This document shows positions 51,078-61,258 of a stretch of 64,000 bases of DNA, one piece after another; the first letter of the stretch is position 1, and each line of letters starts with the position of its first letter. Made by a program: the position numbers and the translations under genes. The DNA is from Candidatus Latescibacterota bacterium (GTDB taxonomy: Bacteria; Latescibacterota; UBA2968; GCA-2709665): the NCBI GenBank assembly GCA_965203805.1, contig OZ241917.1:1152001-1216000 (forward strand), in the 5' to 3' direction. The notes under the pieces are model-generated. The model saw only the letters and a list, made by a program, of their open reading frames with translations, was not told the origin of the DNA and did no database searches.

Positions 51078-52856
51078 TTATCGATCGAGTCCGGCTGGCA
51101 CTTTTTCCAGCTTTTCCTGTGTCTTCCGGGGTTGCACTTTCGCCAGCGCAGCGTACAGGTATTCCCGAATGGCGCCCCGGGTGGGCAGGGCAAGCACCTC
51201 GTCGGCCATCCCCCTCGCCTCTTCCATGGTGATCGACCGAATCGCCTGTTTGATCTCGGGAACCATACGCGGGCCGACGCTGAATCCATCCACCCCGAGC
51301 CCCATCAACAGAACGCAACTGTGCGGGTCGCCCGCCATCTCCCCGCAGACCGTTACCGGGATGCCGTTCCGGTGCCCTGCGTCCACAACGGACTTGATCA
51401 GGCGCAATACAGCGGGATGAAACGGATCGTAAAGGTAGGCCACCCGCTCGTTGCCCCGGTCCACCGCGAGGGTATACTGGACAAGATCGTTGGTGCCTAT
51501 GCTGAAAAAACTCACCTCGCGCGCCAGTTGATCGGCCACTACGGCCGCGGAGGGCACCTCGATCACCGCGCCCAACTCGCACCCCTCGTCGTAGGGCACG
51601 CCTGTACGCTTCAGTTCGTCGCGGGCGTCACCGAGCACCGACTTGGCATCCATCAGTTCTTCCACGCCCGATATCATCGGGAACATCAGTTTCACGTTTC
51701 CGTGTGCGCTGGACCGGAGGATGGACCGCAACTGAGTCCGGAACAGGTCCCTGTTGGCCAGGGAGTGCCGGATGGCGCGCCAGCCCAGAAACGGGTTGGT
51801 CTCTCTGTCGGCATGCGAAGCCTGCTCCAGCTTGTCGCCGCCCAGGTCCAGCGTGCGCACCACCAGCGGATGGGGCGCCATTTGTTCGGCAAGTCGTGTG
51901 TACGCCGCCGTTTGCTCGTCTTCGCCGGGCAGACTCGATCCGGCGAGGTAAAGGTATTCGGTACGGAACAGGCCGACCCCCTCAGCGCCATACGCCAATG
52001 CGGACCGTCCCTCTTCCGGCAGTTCGATGTTGCCCTGGAGGCACACGCGAACGCCGTCCAGGGTTTCGGCGGGCACGTCGGTGAACCTCAGCAGCCCCTT
52101 CTGCAACTCCGTGAACCGGCTGGCTTCGGCGCGGTACCGGCCGAGCGTTTCCGAGTCGGGCCGGATAAAGACCAGCCCGCGATTCCCGTCCACAATCGCT
52201 GTGTCGCCCGGCTCGGCCGATGCCAGAGCCGCCTCGACACCCACCACCGCCGGAATCTCCAGCCCTCTTGCAATAATGGACGCATGCGACGTCGCCGCGC
52301 CAGCAACGGTGACCACGCCCAGCACGCTGTCGCGCTTCATGCGGGCCGCCTGGGAGGGTGTCAGCTCGTGAGCGATCACGATTGCCGGGGCGGTCATCCC
52401 ATCCAGCAACGCGTCTTCCCGCCGGCACAATCTCGCCAGTACGCGTTTCTCAACGTCCAGGATGTCAGCGCGCCTGGCCCTGAAATACTCGTCCTGGATC
52501 GCCTCGAACTGCCGGCGCACTTTCTGAAGGGTGAGCCAGAACGCATATTCCACGTTCACCCGATCCTTCCGGACAGAAGCCAGGGTGGGCTCCCGCAGGG
52601 CCGGATCCTCCAGGATCATCAGGTGTGCGTCGAATATCTGGGCGTGTTCCGGGCCCAGATTCTCCTCGACCCGGGCGCGCGTTCCCTCCAGATCCTCCGC
52701 GACGGAAACCAGCGCTTCCTGAAACCGCCTCACCTCTCCCTCGACCTCATCGCCCGAGATGCGCCGGTAATCCACCCATGGCTCTTCCGGGTCGTGAAGA
52801 TAGACGGGACCGATGGCGATGCCATTCGACGCCTGGATGCCTTCCATTACTTTCAT
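51078..52856 (-). CDS. ptsI: PEP-protein phosphotransferase (PTS enzyme I)
   Basis: TSHASIIAR, GLFRTE, NPFLGWRAIR, SIGTNDL, CGEMAG. Confidence 0.97.
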   Translation of the reverse strand: MKVMEGIQASNGIAIGPVYLHDPEEPWVDYRRISGDEVEGEVRRFQEALVSVAEDLEGTRARVEENLGPEHAQIFDAHLMILEDPALREPTLASVRKDRVNVEYAFWLTLQKVRRQFEAIQDEYFRARRADILDVEKRVLARLCRREDALLDGMTAPAIVIAHELTPSQAARMKRDSVLGVVTVAGAATSHASIIARGLEIPAVVGVEAALASAEPGDTAIVDGNRGLVFIRPDSETLGRYRAEASRFTELQKGLLRFTDVPAETLDGVRVCLQGNIELPEEGRSALAYGAEGVGLFRTEYLYLAGSSLPGEDEQTAAYTRLAEQMAPHPLVVRTLDLGGDKLEQASHADRETNPFLGWRAIRHSLANRDLFRTQLRSILRSSAHGNVKLMFPMISGVEELMDAKSVLGDARDELKRTGVPYDEGCELGAVIEVPSAAVVADQLAREVSFFSIGTNDLVQYTLAVDRGNERVAYLYDPFHPAVLRLIKSVVDAGHRNGIPVTVCGEMAGDPHSCVLLMGLGVDGFSVGPRMVPEIKQAIRSITMEEARGMADEVLALPTRGAIREYLYAALAKVQPRKTQEKLEKVPAGLDR

Positions 52857-52941
52857 CGGTATGCAGCCCTTCGAGTGGAGGAGGACCCCGTGATGCCGTG
52901 CGGCGCGCGGGACGGCGGGATCCGGTCCCCGGTGCGGTACG

Positions 52942-53202
52942 TCAATCGAATTTGCCTTCGATCATCCGCACAATTTCATCCAGCGCTTCCTCTTCATCCG
53001 GCCCCGCGGCACGCACGCGAATTGTTGAGTCCGTCTCCGCGGCGAGCATCATCACGCCCATGATGCTCTTCCCGTTGACTTCGATTCCATCCTTGATCAG
53101 GGTGATCTCCGATACAAACTTTGCGGCCGCCTGCACAAGAAGGGCCGACGGCCGCGCATGGATACCCAACCTGTTTTTCACCGTGGCTTGTCGTTCCGCC
53201 AT
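52942..53202 (-). CDS. ptsH: HPr phosphocarrier protein
   Basis: GIHARP, NGKSIMGVMML. Confidence 0.97.
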   Translation of the reverse strand: MAERQATVKNRLGIHARPSALLVQAAAKFVSEITLIKDGIEVNGKSIMGVMMLAAETDSTIRVRAAGPDEEEALDEIVRMIEGKFD

Positions 53203-53244
53203 AGCCTGTTCGTATTGTTATGTTAGTCCATACCGGAAGGCTAC

Positions 53245-53273
53245 AATCTATCTAAATCCCGCAGTCATGTCAA
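53245..53273 (-). promoter_or_regulatory. sigma70 promoter for ptsH-ptsI-metK-ahcY
   Basis: TTGACA-17 nt-TAGATT. Confidence 0.65.
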
Positions 53274-53337
53274 GCGCCGCCGAGCCTGTCCGGAGCCGCC
53301 TTCACCCCCTTCACACGCCGGCCCCCCGCGCTGCAGG

Positions 53338-53366
53338 AAAAAAACCGCCAGGCACCTGCCTGGCGG
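53338..53366 (-). terminator. Intrinsic terminator after the GGGP synthase gene
   Basis: Minus strand CCGCCAGGC-AGGT-GCCTGGCGG followed by T7. Confidence 0.75.
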
Positions 53367-53399
53367 CTGCGACCACCCGGGATTCCGGCCGGCGGATTC

Positions 53400-54146
53400 C
53401 TACCCGCCGTGTACGGCGCCGGCAAACTCGCGCACCAGCGCCGGGTCGCGCCGGGCTTCCAGAATGCTGCCCACCACGACAAAATCCGCGCCGGCCGCCG
53501 CTTTCGCCCCGGCATCGCCGGGTGTCCGGATGCCCCCACCGGCAATCACCGGAATCGCGACATTTCCCGCAACCGCCGATATCATTTCGTCAGACACCAT
53601 CCGTTCCGCCCCGCTGCCTGCATCCATATAGACGCACTGCATCCCCAGGTACTGGGCGGCCAGGGCGTGCGCGGTCGCTATCTCCGGCTTGTCTCCGGGC
53701 ATCGGCTTGGTGTTGCTGATATACTCAGCCGTAGTCTGCCGCCCGGAATCCACCAGCATGTAGCCGGTTGAAATCGTCTCCAGGCCGAATGCCCTGACAA
53801 TGGGGGCCGCTTTCACCTGCTGCCCGATCAACAGATCCGGATTGCGCCCGCTGATCATGCACAGAAAGAGAATGGCGTCGGCGGCCGACGAGACCTGGTT
53901 CATATCGGGACCGGGAAAAATCAGCACCGGAATTCCGATCGCGCGTTTGACTTCTCTGACCACCCGGTCGAAATCGGTGTAGAGCAGAAAGCTGCCGCCA
54001 AGCAAGATAGCGTCGGCGCCGTTTTCGGCGCACATACCGGCCGTATGGACCACGTCCTGCTTGTCCATCCGATCGGGATCCAGAAGGCACAGAAAGCCCG
54101 TGCCCCGCCGTCTGAGAACCCCTTTAAGTTGGTCGTAGGTCGTCAT
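53400..54146 (-). CDS. Geranylgeranylglyceryl/heptaprenylglyceryl phosphate synthase family protein
   Basis: LLDPD, GGS, IFPG....S..ADAILF, ISGRNP..LIG.Q, TGY.L...G, Y.DAGSGA, GGGIR. Confidence 0.92.
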   Translation of the reverse strand: MTTYDQLKGVLRRRGTGFLCLLDPDRMDKQDVVHTAGMCAENGADAILLGGSFLLYTDFDRVVREVKRAIGIPVLIFPGPDMNQVSSAADAILFLCMISGRNPDLLIGQQVKAAPIVRAFGLETISTGYMLVDSGRQTTAEYISNTKPMPGDKPEIATAHALAAQYLGMQCVYMDAGSGAERMVSDEMISAVAGNVAIPVIAGGGIRTPGDAGAKAAAGADFVVVGSILEARRDPALVREFAGAVHGG

Positions 54147-54156
54147 GAGTCTCGAC

Positions 54157-56778
54157 TTACCTTCCCAATTGCGCACGAACGATGCCGGGAACCCGGGCGA
54201 GTGCGTCGGGCAGTTTCTCGGGATGCCTGCCCCCCGCCTGCGCGAGGTGGGGACGTCCGCCGCCGCCGCCGCCTACCAGTTCAGCCACCGCCTTGACGAT
54301 GGGTCCCGCCTGCACGCCCCGCCGGATGAGGTCGTCCGTCACGACCGCGATCAGGGAGGCCTTTCCGTTCAAGGCCGCGCCCAGCACGCCCACGCCGGAC
54401 CCCAGGGTTTCCCGAAGCCGGTCGCCCATTTCACGAAACGCCTCCATGTCCGCCGGTTGAACGGCGGTCGCCACCACCCGAACCCCGTCCACGTCGACGG
54501 CTTCGCCGGCCAGGTCGCGCATCCGCTCCCCCGCCGACGCGCTGCGCAGAGATTGAACCGTCCGCTCGAGATCCCGGTTTCTGGAAATCAACCGTTTGAC
54601 CCGATCGGGCAGAAAGTCCGCTTCCACGCTCATCAGATCCTCAAGAGCGGTGAGCGTGGACCGCTGCTTCCCGAAGAGCGCTTCAACGCCCGCCGCGGTG
54701 ACAGCCTCCACCCTCCGGACGCCGGATGCCGTGCCCGTCTCGGCCGTCAGCTGGAGCATGCCGATCTGACCCGTGGAATCCACGTGGGTGCCCCCGCATA
54801 GTTCCAGGCTGAAGTCCCCTGCACGCACCGTCCGTACGACGTCTCCGTATTTTTCGGAAAACAGCATGCGGGCGCCCATCCCACGGGCCTCCTCGAGGCC
54901 GACCATTTCGGTTTCCACGGCGAGGTCGCGGCGAATGACCCGATTCACGAGTTGCACGATCTGCTTCTGCTGATCGGTTGAAACGGCTTCGAAATGATTG
55001 AAGTCGAAACGCAGCCGGTCCGGCGCCACCAGCGAACCGGCCTGATTCACGTGGTCGCCGAGCACCTGGCGAAGGGCTTCGTGAAGCAGGTGGGTGGCCG
55101 TGTGATTGCGGGCTGTATCCGTCCGGCGCCCGGCGTCGACCCGCGCCTCCACAAGGGCGTCTTCCAGTGTGTTGGCGCATCCCCGCGACAGACGCCCCCG
55201 GTGCACAACGCCCTCACCCGCCCGGAACGTCTCCTCGACCCGGACCTCGACATCCCCGTTTCCGATGCGCCCCTGATCGCCTACCTGCCCGCCCGCCTCG
55301 GCGTAGAATGGCGTTTCCTGAAGATAGACGTCCACCCGCCCGTCCGCTCCGGATTTCCACGCCACGACACGGGTATCCAGTGCAAGACGCTCGTACCCCA
55401 GAAAAACGGAGTGTTCCTCGGGAAGGAAATCGTCCGAAACCGCCTCCTGAGACGCGAAGACCCGGCGCCCCGCCTCCCGTGAACGCGCCTGCTGGGCCGC
55501 CATCTCCGTTTCGAAACCCTGCAGGTCCACCGCCAGACCGCGCTCCGCGCCCATCAGCTGAGTGAGGTCGATCGGAAAACCGTAGGTGTCATACAGGCGA
55601 AACGCGTCCGGGCCGGATATTCTCCCCTCGCGGGAGACGACCTCGAACATCTCCAGCCCGCGGTCGAGCGTCTTCCCGAACCCTTCTTCCTCGGAACGGA
55701 TGACCCTGGATATATGCTCGGCCTGTTCCGCCACCTCGGGAAAAACGTCTCCCATGACCCGTACGACGACGGGCACCAGCCCGTGGATGAACGGTTCGTG
55801 CATCCCCAGCGTGCGCCCGTATCGCGCCGCACGCCTCAGGATCCGCCGCAGCACATACCCGCGCCCCTCGTTGGAGGGCAGCACCCCGTCCGCGACGGCG
55901 AAACAGAGGGTGCGGACATGATCGGCGATGACCCGCATGGCCACGCGGTTTTCATCGTTGTACGTTTTACCGGTGATCTCGCCGATCGCGGCAAGAATGG
56001 GCTGGAACAGATCGGTATCGTACGTCGAGGCCACGCCCTGCAGCACGGTGCAGATGCGCTCGAACCCCATTCCGGTATCCACGTGCTTATCGGGCAGCGG
56101 ATGCAGCGCGCCGTCGGCGTCGCGGTTGAACTGAATGAAGACCAGATTCCAGATTTCAACCGAATCGGGCCCGTCCAGGTCGGGGCTCTCACGGTACCAG
56201 GACGCGGGATCGTCTCCCAGATAGTAGTGCACCTCCGAACACGGTCCGCACGGGCCGGTCTCGCCCATCTGCCAGAAGTTATCGGTCTTGTCCAGCCGGA
56301 ACACCCGGTCCGCCGGGAGCTCCGTCACTTCCGTCCACAGCGCCTCCGCCTCCTCGTCCGCCGCCAGACCGTCGGCGTCGTCTCCGCCAAATACCGTGGC
56401 GCACAGCCGATCCCTGGGCAGCCCCCAGACCTCGGTCAGCAATTCCCACGCCCACGCGATGGCCTCCCGCTTGAAATAGTCTCCGAACGACCAGTTGCCC
56501 AGCATTTCGAAAAACGTATGATGCTGAGCACTGAAGCCCACCTCCTCCAGGTCGTTGTGGTGCCCCGAGACACGAATGCACTTCTGCGTATCCACCGCCC
56601 GGCTGTAATCCCGGCGGCCGGTTCCCAGAAACACATCCTTGAACTGATTCATCCCCGCATTGGTAAACAGCAGGGTGGCATCGTCCTGCGGCGCGACGGG
56701 CGCGCTCGGCACGATCCTGTGACCCTTCTGCTCGAAGAACCGCAGATAATCCGCACGTATGTCGGTTGAAGTTTTCAT
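54157..56778 (-). CDS. alaS: Alanine--tRNA ligase
   Basis: LLFTNAGMNQFK, HHTFFEMLGN, NHTATHLLH, ELCGGTH. Confidence 0.98.
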   Translation of the reverse strand: MKTSTDIRADYLRFFEQKGHRIVPSAPVAPQDDATLLFTNAGMNQFKDVFLGTGRRDYSRAVDTQKCIRVSGHHNDLEEVGFSAQHHTFFEMLGNWSFGDYFKREAIAWAWELLTEVWGLPRDRLCATVFGGDDADGLAADEEAEALWTEVTELPADRVFRLDKTDNFWQMGETGPCGPCSEVHYYLGDDPASWYRESPDLDGPDSVEIWNLVFIQFNRDADGALHPLPDKHVDTGMGFERICTVLQGVASTYDTDLFQPILAAIGEITGKTYNDENRVAMRVIADHVRTLCFAVADGVLPSNEGRGYVLRRILRRAARYGRTLGMHEPFIHGLVPVVVRVMGDVFPEVAEQAEHISRVIRSEEEGFGKTLDRGLEMFEVVSREGRISGPDAFRLYDTYGFPIDLTQLMGAERGLAVDLQGFETEMAAQQARSREAGRRVFASQEAVSDDFLPEEHSVFLGYERLALDTRVVAWKSGADGRVDVYLQETPFYAEAGGQVGDQGRIGNGDVEVRVEETFRAGEGVVHRGRLSRGCANTLEDALVEARVDAGRRTDTARNHTATHLLHEALRQVLGDHVNQAGSLVAPDRLRFDFNHFEAVSTDQQKQIVQLVNRVIRRDLAVETEMVGLEEARGMGARMLFSEKYGDVVRTVRAGDFSLELCGGTHVDSTGQIGMLQLTAETGTASGVRRVEAVTAAGVEALFGKQRSTLTALEDLMSVEADFLPDRVKRLISRNRDLERTVQSLRSASAGERMRDLAGEAVDVDGVRVVATAVQPADMEAFREMGDRLRETLGSGVGVLGAALNGKASLIAVVTDDLIRRGVQAGPIVKAVAELVGGGGGGRPHLAQAGGRHPEKLPDALARVPGIVRAQLGR

Positions 56779-56831
56779 GATTCGAAACGGCGATGGCTCG
56801 GGCACACGGGAATCGCGGCGTCGATTCCGGC

Positions 56832-57362
56832 TCACGCCTCCGGTGCGTCCTCGCGTCCGCTGTCGCTGAATTCCAGCCAGGCCCGCTGCGCCGCCGCCTG
56901 TGCCACGGCCCCGAATCCGCGACGCCCCAAGAACCCGTACATTCTGGAGAGCGCCTTCTGCCTGTCAACGCCGTCGTATTGCCGGCGACGCGACCTCAGA
57001 AGCTCCATTGCGACGGCTTCCTGATCCACGTGGGCGAACACCTCATCCAGCGCCTCATCGGCCGTCGCGGCGTCGATGCCCCTTTTCCTCAGATCGTGCC
57101 GGAGAAGGGCAGAGCCCGAGGGTCGACGACGCATTCGTTCCTCAACGAAGCGGAGGGCGAAATCCCGGTCGTCGACCAGCCTGAGCCGGTGCAACACCTC
57201 GAGGGTCTGCTCGATCGCAGAATTGGCAAACCCCCGCCGGCGCAGCCTTTCTTTCACTTCCGCACACGAGTACGCGCGCGCGCTCAGCAGCCGAAACGCC
57301 GCGTTCTTCGCCTTTTCGACCTCAGTCTCTCGATCCGACGGCGAACGGGAACCCGGTTTCAT
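56832..57362 (-). CDS. recX: Regulatory protein RecX
   Basis: AFRLLSAR..S..E...RL, DD..FA, L..RGF; downstream of recA. Confidence 0.9.
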   Translation of the reverse strand: MKPGSRSPSDRETEVEKAKNAAFRLLSARAYSCAEVKERLRRRGFANSAIEQTLEVLHRLRLVDDRDFALRFVEERMRRRPSGSALLRHDLRKRGIDAATADEALDEVFAHVDQEAVAMELLRSRRRQYDGVDRQKALSRMYGFLGRRGFGAVAQAAAQRAWLEFSDSGREDAPEA

Positions 57363-57452
57363 CCGCGGCACTTCGATGACTGGATCTCCTGTCTCCCGGC
57401 CTGACAATCCGTTGGAAAGGTCCATCCCGGCGTGTGCGCCGCCCAACCCGGC

Positions 57453-58493
57453 TCAGCCGTTGCCGCCCGCCTCCGCCTTGCCGTTATCCGCCAGACCCAC
57501 GGCCTCGCGCACGCGCGTCTCGATCTCCTCGGCGAGCGCCGGATGCTCCTTCAAATGGTTCTTTACGTTTTCACGTCCCTGCCCCAGGCGGTCGTTGCCG
57601 TAGGAGAACCACGTGCCGCTCTTGTTCACGATTCCGTGGAGTTCGGCAATATCCAGAAGACTGCCTTCTTTCGAGATGCCCTCTCCGAACATCAGATCGA
57701 ACTCCGCTTCCTTGAACGGCGCGGCCATCTTGTTCTTGACGACCCGGACGCGGACCCGGTTGCCCGTAACTTCCTGGCCGTCCTTGATGGCCCCGATCCG
57801 ACGGATGTCCATCCGCACCGACGCGTAGAACTTGAGCGCGTTGCCGCCGGAGGTCGTTTCGGGATTGCCGAACATGACGCCGATCTTCATCCGGATCTGG
57901 TTGGTGAACATCACACATGTCTTGGACCTGCTGATCGAGCCCGAGAGCTTCCGCAGCGCCTGGGACATCAGCCGCGCCTGCAATCCCACGTGGGAATCGC
58001 CCATGTCTCCCTCGAGTTCCGCGCGGGGCACAAGCGCCGCGACCGAGTCCACCACCACCGCGTCGAATCCGCCGCTGCGCACGAGCGTGTCGGTGATTTC
58101 AAGAGCCTCTTCACCGGTATCGGGCTGTGAAATGAGCAGGTTCTCCAGATCGACCCCGATCCGCTCGGCGAGCTCTACGTTGAGCGCATGTTCCGCGTCG
58201 ACGAACGCGCACGTGCCGCCGGTCCGCTGCGCCTCCGCGATGACGTGCAGGGTCAGCGTGGTCTTACCGGATCCCTCCGGGCCGTAAATCTCGACGACGC
58301 GGCCCCGCGGCACGCCGCCCGCCCCAAGGGCGACGTCCAGCGCGAGCGCGCCGGTCGGAATCACTTCGACGGCCACCTGCCCGTCCTCCTCACCGCCCAG
58401 CCGCATGATGGAACCCTGACCGAACTGCTTTTCGATTTGCGAGATGGCCAGATCAATGGCCTTCTCCTTGCCGGCGCCATTCCGTTTCGACAT
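57453..58493 (-). CDS. recA: Recombinase RecA
   Basis: [35 protein letters not shown]. Confidence 0.98.
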   Translation of the reverse strand: MSKRNGAGKEKAIDLAISQIEKQFGQGSIMRLGGEEDGQVAVEVIPTGALALDVALGAGGVPRGRVVEIYGPEGSGKTTLTLHVIAEAQRTGGTCAFVDAEHALNVELAERIGVDLENLLISQPDTGEEALEITDTLVRSGGFDAVVVDSVAALVPRAELEGDMGDSHVGLQARLMSQALRKLSGSISRSKTCVMFTNQIRMKIGVMFGNPETTSGGNALKFYASVRMDIRRIGAIKDGQEVTGNRVRVRVVKNKMAAPFKEAEFDLMFGEGISKEGSLLDIAELHGIVNKSGTWFSYGNDRLGQGRENVKNHLKEHPALAEEIETRVREAVGLADNGKAEAGGNG

Positions 58494-58592
58494 CGCGTTG
58501 CCCCTCCTGACTGGATTTGCCCGTTGGATCACGGCGCAGCCCACGGCCTGTGAGGAGCCCGATTCCCTGCGCCGAAACACATGCGAACGCCA

Positions 58593-58621
58593 ATTGTGAC
58601 GAACATCCGTTCATGAGTCAA
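58593..58621 (-). promoter_or_regulatory. recA promoter with GAAC-N4-GTTC LexA box in the spacer
   Basis: TTGACT-17 nt-CACAAT on the minus strand; GAACATCCGTTC at 58601-58612. Confidence 0.75.
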
Positions 58622-58826
58622 CAACCAATCCCGGATGGTGGGTAAAATTCCCCGGAAGAATCGGGGAAGCCGCGCGGTGTCCCGTCCCGGGATGGTGTGA
58701 CCCGAACATGGGACGGAACACACGATGCACGAATTAATATATCCGCAGTCTGATGAGAAGTCAAGCCCTCCCCGGCTCGAAAAAGCCCCCCGGAGGTCGC
58801 GTTGCCGTTCGAACCGGTCAACCCGA

Positions 58827-59387
58827 CTATCGCGACCCGGTTAGACGCGCACGTCCCAGCGCCTTATACACTGCGCCGCCCGACCTCAACTGGCTGCTGT
58901 ACAACACGATACGGTCCACGCCGAAGCGAACCGACGGGACCGCGCCGGCCAGTCCCGCGGGCAGACGCACCGCGCCTTTTTTCGCGCGCGCAAGCGTCAG
59001 ATGAGGATGGAACCGCCGCTCCTCCTTCTTGAACCCGATCCTGCAAATCATGTCCTCCAGGTCGGCCCGGAGCCTGTCCAGAAGTGCGGTCTCGCCACCC
59101 ACGTCCAGCCAGATCACCCTCGCGCGATCCGGGTTGGGTGCGCCCACGTCCGTGGTGTGCAAGGCCATCGGGGGCGTCCGACCGGCCACCGACCGCATGG
59201 CCTCCAGGATGAGCGGCACCGAGGCCGATTCCACGTTACCCAGGAACTTGAGGGTGAGATGCATGCCCTCCGGCCTCACCCACCTGAGCCGCGCATCCAG
59301 TTCTGCAAGACATCCCCGCGCGGCCGCGCAGGCCGGGGCCACCGCCCTTGGGAGTTCAATGGCAACAAATGCGCGCAACGTCGTCAT
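58827..59387 (-). CDS. thpR: RNA 2',3'-cyclic phosphodiesterase (2H family)
   Basis: RAFVAI, HLTLKFLG, FHPHLTLAR. Confidence 0.93.
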   Translation of the reverse strand: MTTLRAFVAIELPRAVAPACAAARGCLAELDARLRWVRPEGMHLTLKFLGNVESASVPLILEAMRSVAGRTPPMALHTTDVGAPNPDRARVIWLDVGGETALLDRLRADLEDMICRIGFKKEERRFHPHLTLARAKKGAVRLPAGLAGAVPSVRFGVDRIVLYSSQLRSGGAVYKALGRARLTGSR

Positions 59388-59444
59388 CGATGTCCCGTCC
59401 CTGAACAAGGTACAGGTCGGGCAGTCTGTTACCGGGATGGTACG

Positions 59445-59906
59445 CTATCCGCTCCACAGGGCCAGGCCCGCCCGAATCAGGAGATTTCCGTAAATCCCCG
59501 CGATCACGTCGTCCATGACCACACCCCACCCTCCGGGCAGTTTTTCGGATGCCCTTGCAGGCGGCGGCTTCAGGATGTCCAGCACGCGGAAAATAAAAAA
59601 TCCGGCAACCCCCACCCCTGGCGACAGCGGCAGGAAGGCTACCGTGAAATAGAACCCCGCAAATTCGTCGATGACCACCGGTCCGGGGTCCGGACCCCAG
59701 GCCCTTTCTCCCGCGGAGGCGGTACGGACGGCGACCGCAACCGTCAGGACCAGCAAAAGACACCAGGCAGGAAACCCGATCCCCGGCACCAGGAAACAGG
59801 CCGCGAGGTACGGAACCATCGCCACGGCCGTACCCGCCGTGCCCGGCGCGACCGGGACGTATCCGGAGAAGAATCCCGTGGCGAGCACCCGGGTCCACAG
59901 ATTCAA
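59445..59906 (-). CDS. pgpA: Phosphatidylglycerophosphatase A
   Basis: APGTAGT, DP..VVIDE, FR..DI.KP.P, G.GV..DD..AG. Confidence 0.93.
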   Translation of the reverse strand: MNLWTRVLATGFFSGYVPVAPGTAGTAVAMVPYLAACFLVPGIGFPAWCLLLVLTVAVAVRTASAGERAWGPDPGPVVIDEFAGFYFTVAFLPLSPGVGVAGFFIFRVLDILKPPPARASEKLPGGWGVVMDDVIAGIYGNLLIRAGLALWSG

Positions 59907-59937
59907 GTCAGCGGCCTCCGATCCCCGGTTCAGGCTG

Positions 59938-60588
59938 TCAGGCCTGGTCCCGGCCGTGTTCCACCAGGTAGAGGACGCCCGACACGACCGCGAGCAGGGT
60001 AACCGCCGCCACAAGGACGTTGAGCACCATCTGCGAACCGGTATCCACCAGTACGAGAGGCTGAGAGGTCAACTCAGCGGTAATCACGCGCACGTTGATG
60101 AAGACCAGGATGCCGAATGCCAGCACCAGTTGCAGCATGGTCTTCCATTTCGCCAGCCGGGACGTGACCACCGGTCGTCCTTTGCGGATCGCGTACACCC
60201 GCAGGGAGGTGATCACGGCATCGCGGAACAGCATGGCGCCCACCAGCCATGCCTCGACCATCCCCAGGAGCACGAATGAAATGAGGGCCGAGGAAACCAG
60301 CAGCTTGTCGGCAAGCGGATCCATGAACCGCCCGAGGCTGGTCACCGTTTTGTCGCGGCGCGCGAACCAGCCGTCGAAGAAATCGGTCAGCGACGCCACG
60401 GTAAACACCAGCAGCGCAAGAATCTTGTTGAATCCGCTGTCGGAAAAAATCAGCGCCAGAAAGACCGGGGTCAGGACAATCCTCAATCCGGTCAGGATGT
60501 TCGGAAACGTGACCATCCGGTCGGCGGGCTGCGGCTTCGGCAGCCGGATCCCCTGCGGCCTGCCGCGAAGTGTATCGGTGCGGTTCAT
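59938..60588 (-). CDS. pgsA: CDP-diacylglycerol--glycerol-3-phosphate 3-phosphatidyltransferase
   Basis: PN.LT..RI, TD..DG..AR, G..DP.ADK, K.KT..Q. Confidence 0.92.
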   Translation of the reverse strand: MNRTDTLRGRPQGIRLPKPQPADRMVTFPNILTGLRIVLTPVFLALIFSDSGFNKILALLVFTVASLTDFFDGWFARRDKTVTSLGRFMDPLADKLLVSSALISFVLLGMVEAWLVGAMLFRDAVITSLRVYAIRKGRPVVTSRLAKWKTMLQLVLAFGILVFINVRVITAELTSQPLVLVDTGSQMVLNVLVAAVTLLAVVSGVLYLVEHGRDQA

Positions 60589-61178
60589 AGTTCTCTACGT
60601 CCGTCCAGGGCCCGGGCAAGCGTGACCTGGTCGGCCAGCGCGAGGTCGCTCCCAACGGGCAGGCCGCGGGCGATCTGCGTGACGGTCACGTCGTGCGCTT
60701 CCAGGATCTGCTTGAGGTACTGCGCGGTCGCGTCGCCCTCGACGGTGGGTCCGTTCGCCAGAATCACTTCCCGAATCCCGCCGCCGTTCAGCCGCGCCAT
60801 AAGGGGTTGAATGTTCAGTTCGTCCGGCCCGATACCGTCCAGGGGGGATATCCGGCCTCCCAGGACGTGATAGAGGCCGTTATATGCCCGCATCCGTTCC
60901 AGTGCCAGCAGGTCGCCGACGAAATCGACCACCATCACCTGCGACCGGTCCCGCCGCTCATCCCGGCATATGGGGCAGGGATCGCTCTCCGACAGATTAA
61001 AACATGAGCCGCATGCCAGGACCCGGGTCTTCACCTCCACCATCAGTTCGGCCAGCGCGCGCACGTCTTCCGACTTCCACGTTAGAACGTCCAGCGCGAT
61101 CCGCCGCGCGGACTTTTCGCCGATGCCCGGCAGCCGTCCCAACCCGGCCGCCAGCCGGTCGATGGCATTGGAAGCCAT
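60585..61178 (-). CDS. recR: Recombination mediator RecR
   Basis: LPGIGEKSA, C4 zinc finger, YHVLGG.ISP.DG, T.EG.AT. Confidence 0.96.
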   Translation of the reverse strand: MASNAIDRLAAGLGRLPGIGEKSARRIALDVLTWKSEDVRALAELMVEVKTRVLACGSCFNLSESDPCPICRDERRDRSQVMVVDFVGDLLALERMRAYNGLYHVLGGRISPLDGIGPDELNIQPLMARLNGGGIREVILANGPTVEGDATAQYLKQILEAHDVTVTQIARGLPVGSDLALADQVTLARALDGRREL

Positions 61179-61258
61179 CCTCACTCTCCTCGAATGCGGT
61201 AACCGGGACCCTCCGTCCGTCTGCCGGGGTTTTCCGCATTTCAAGCGATCGACATTTG

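Noticed and set aside
53345-53366. Another CCTGCC-type palindromic element
   Set aside because: The arms differ (CCGCCAGGC/GCCTGGCGG) and it has a T-tract; it is an ordinary terminator.
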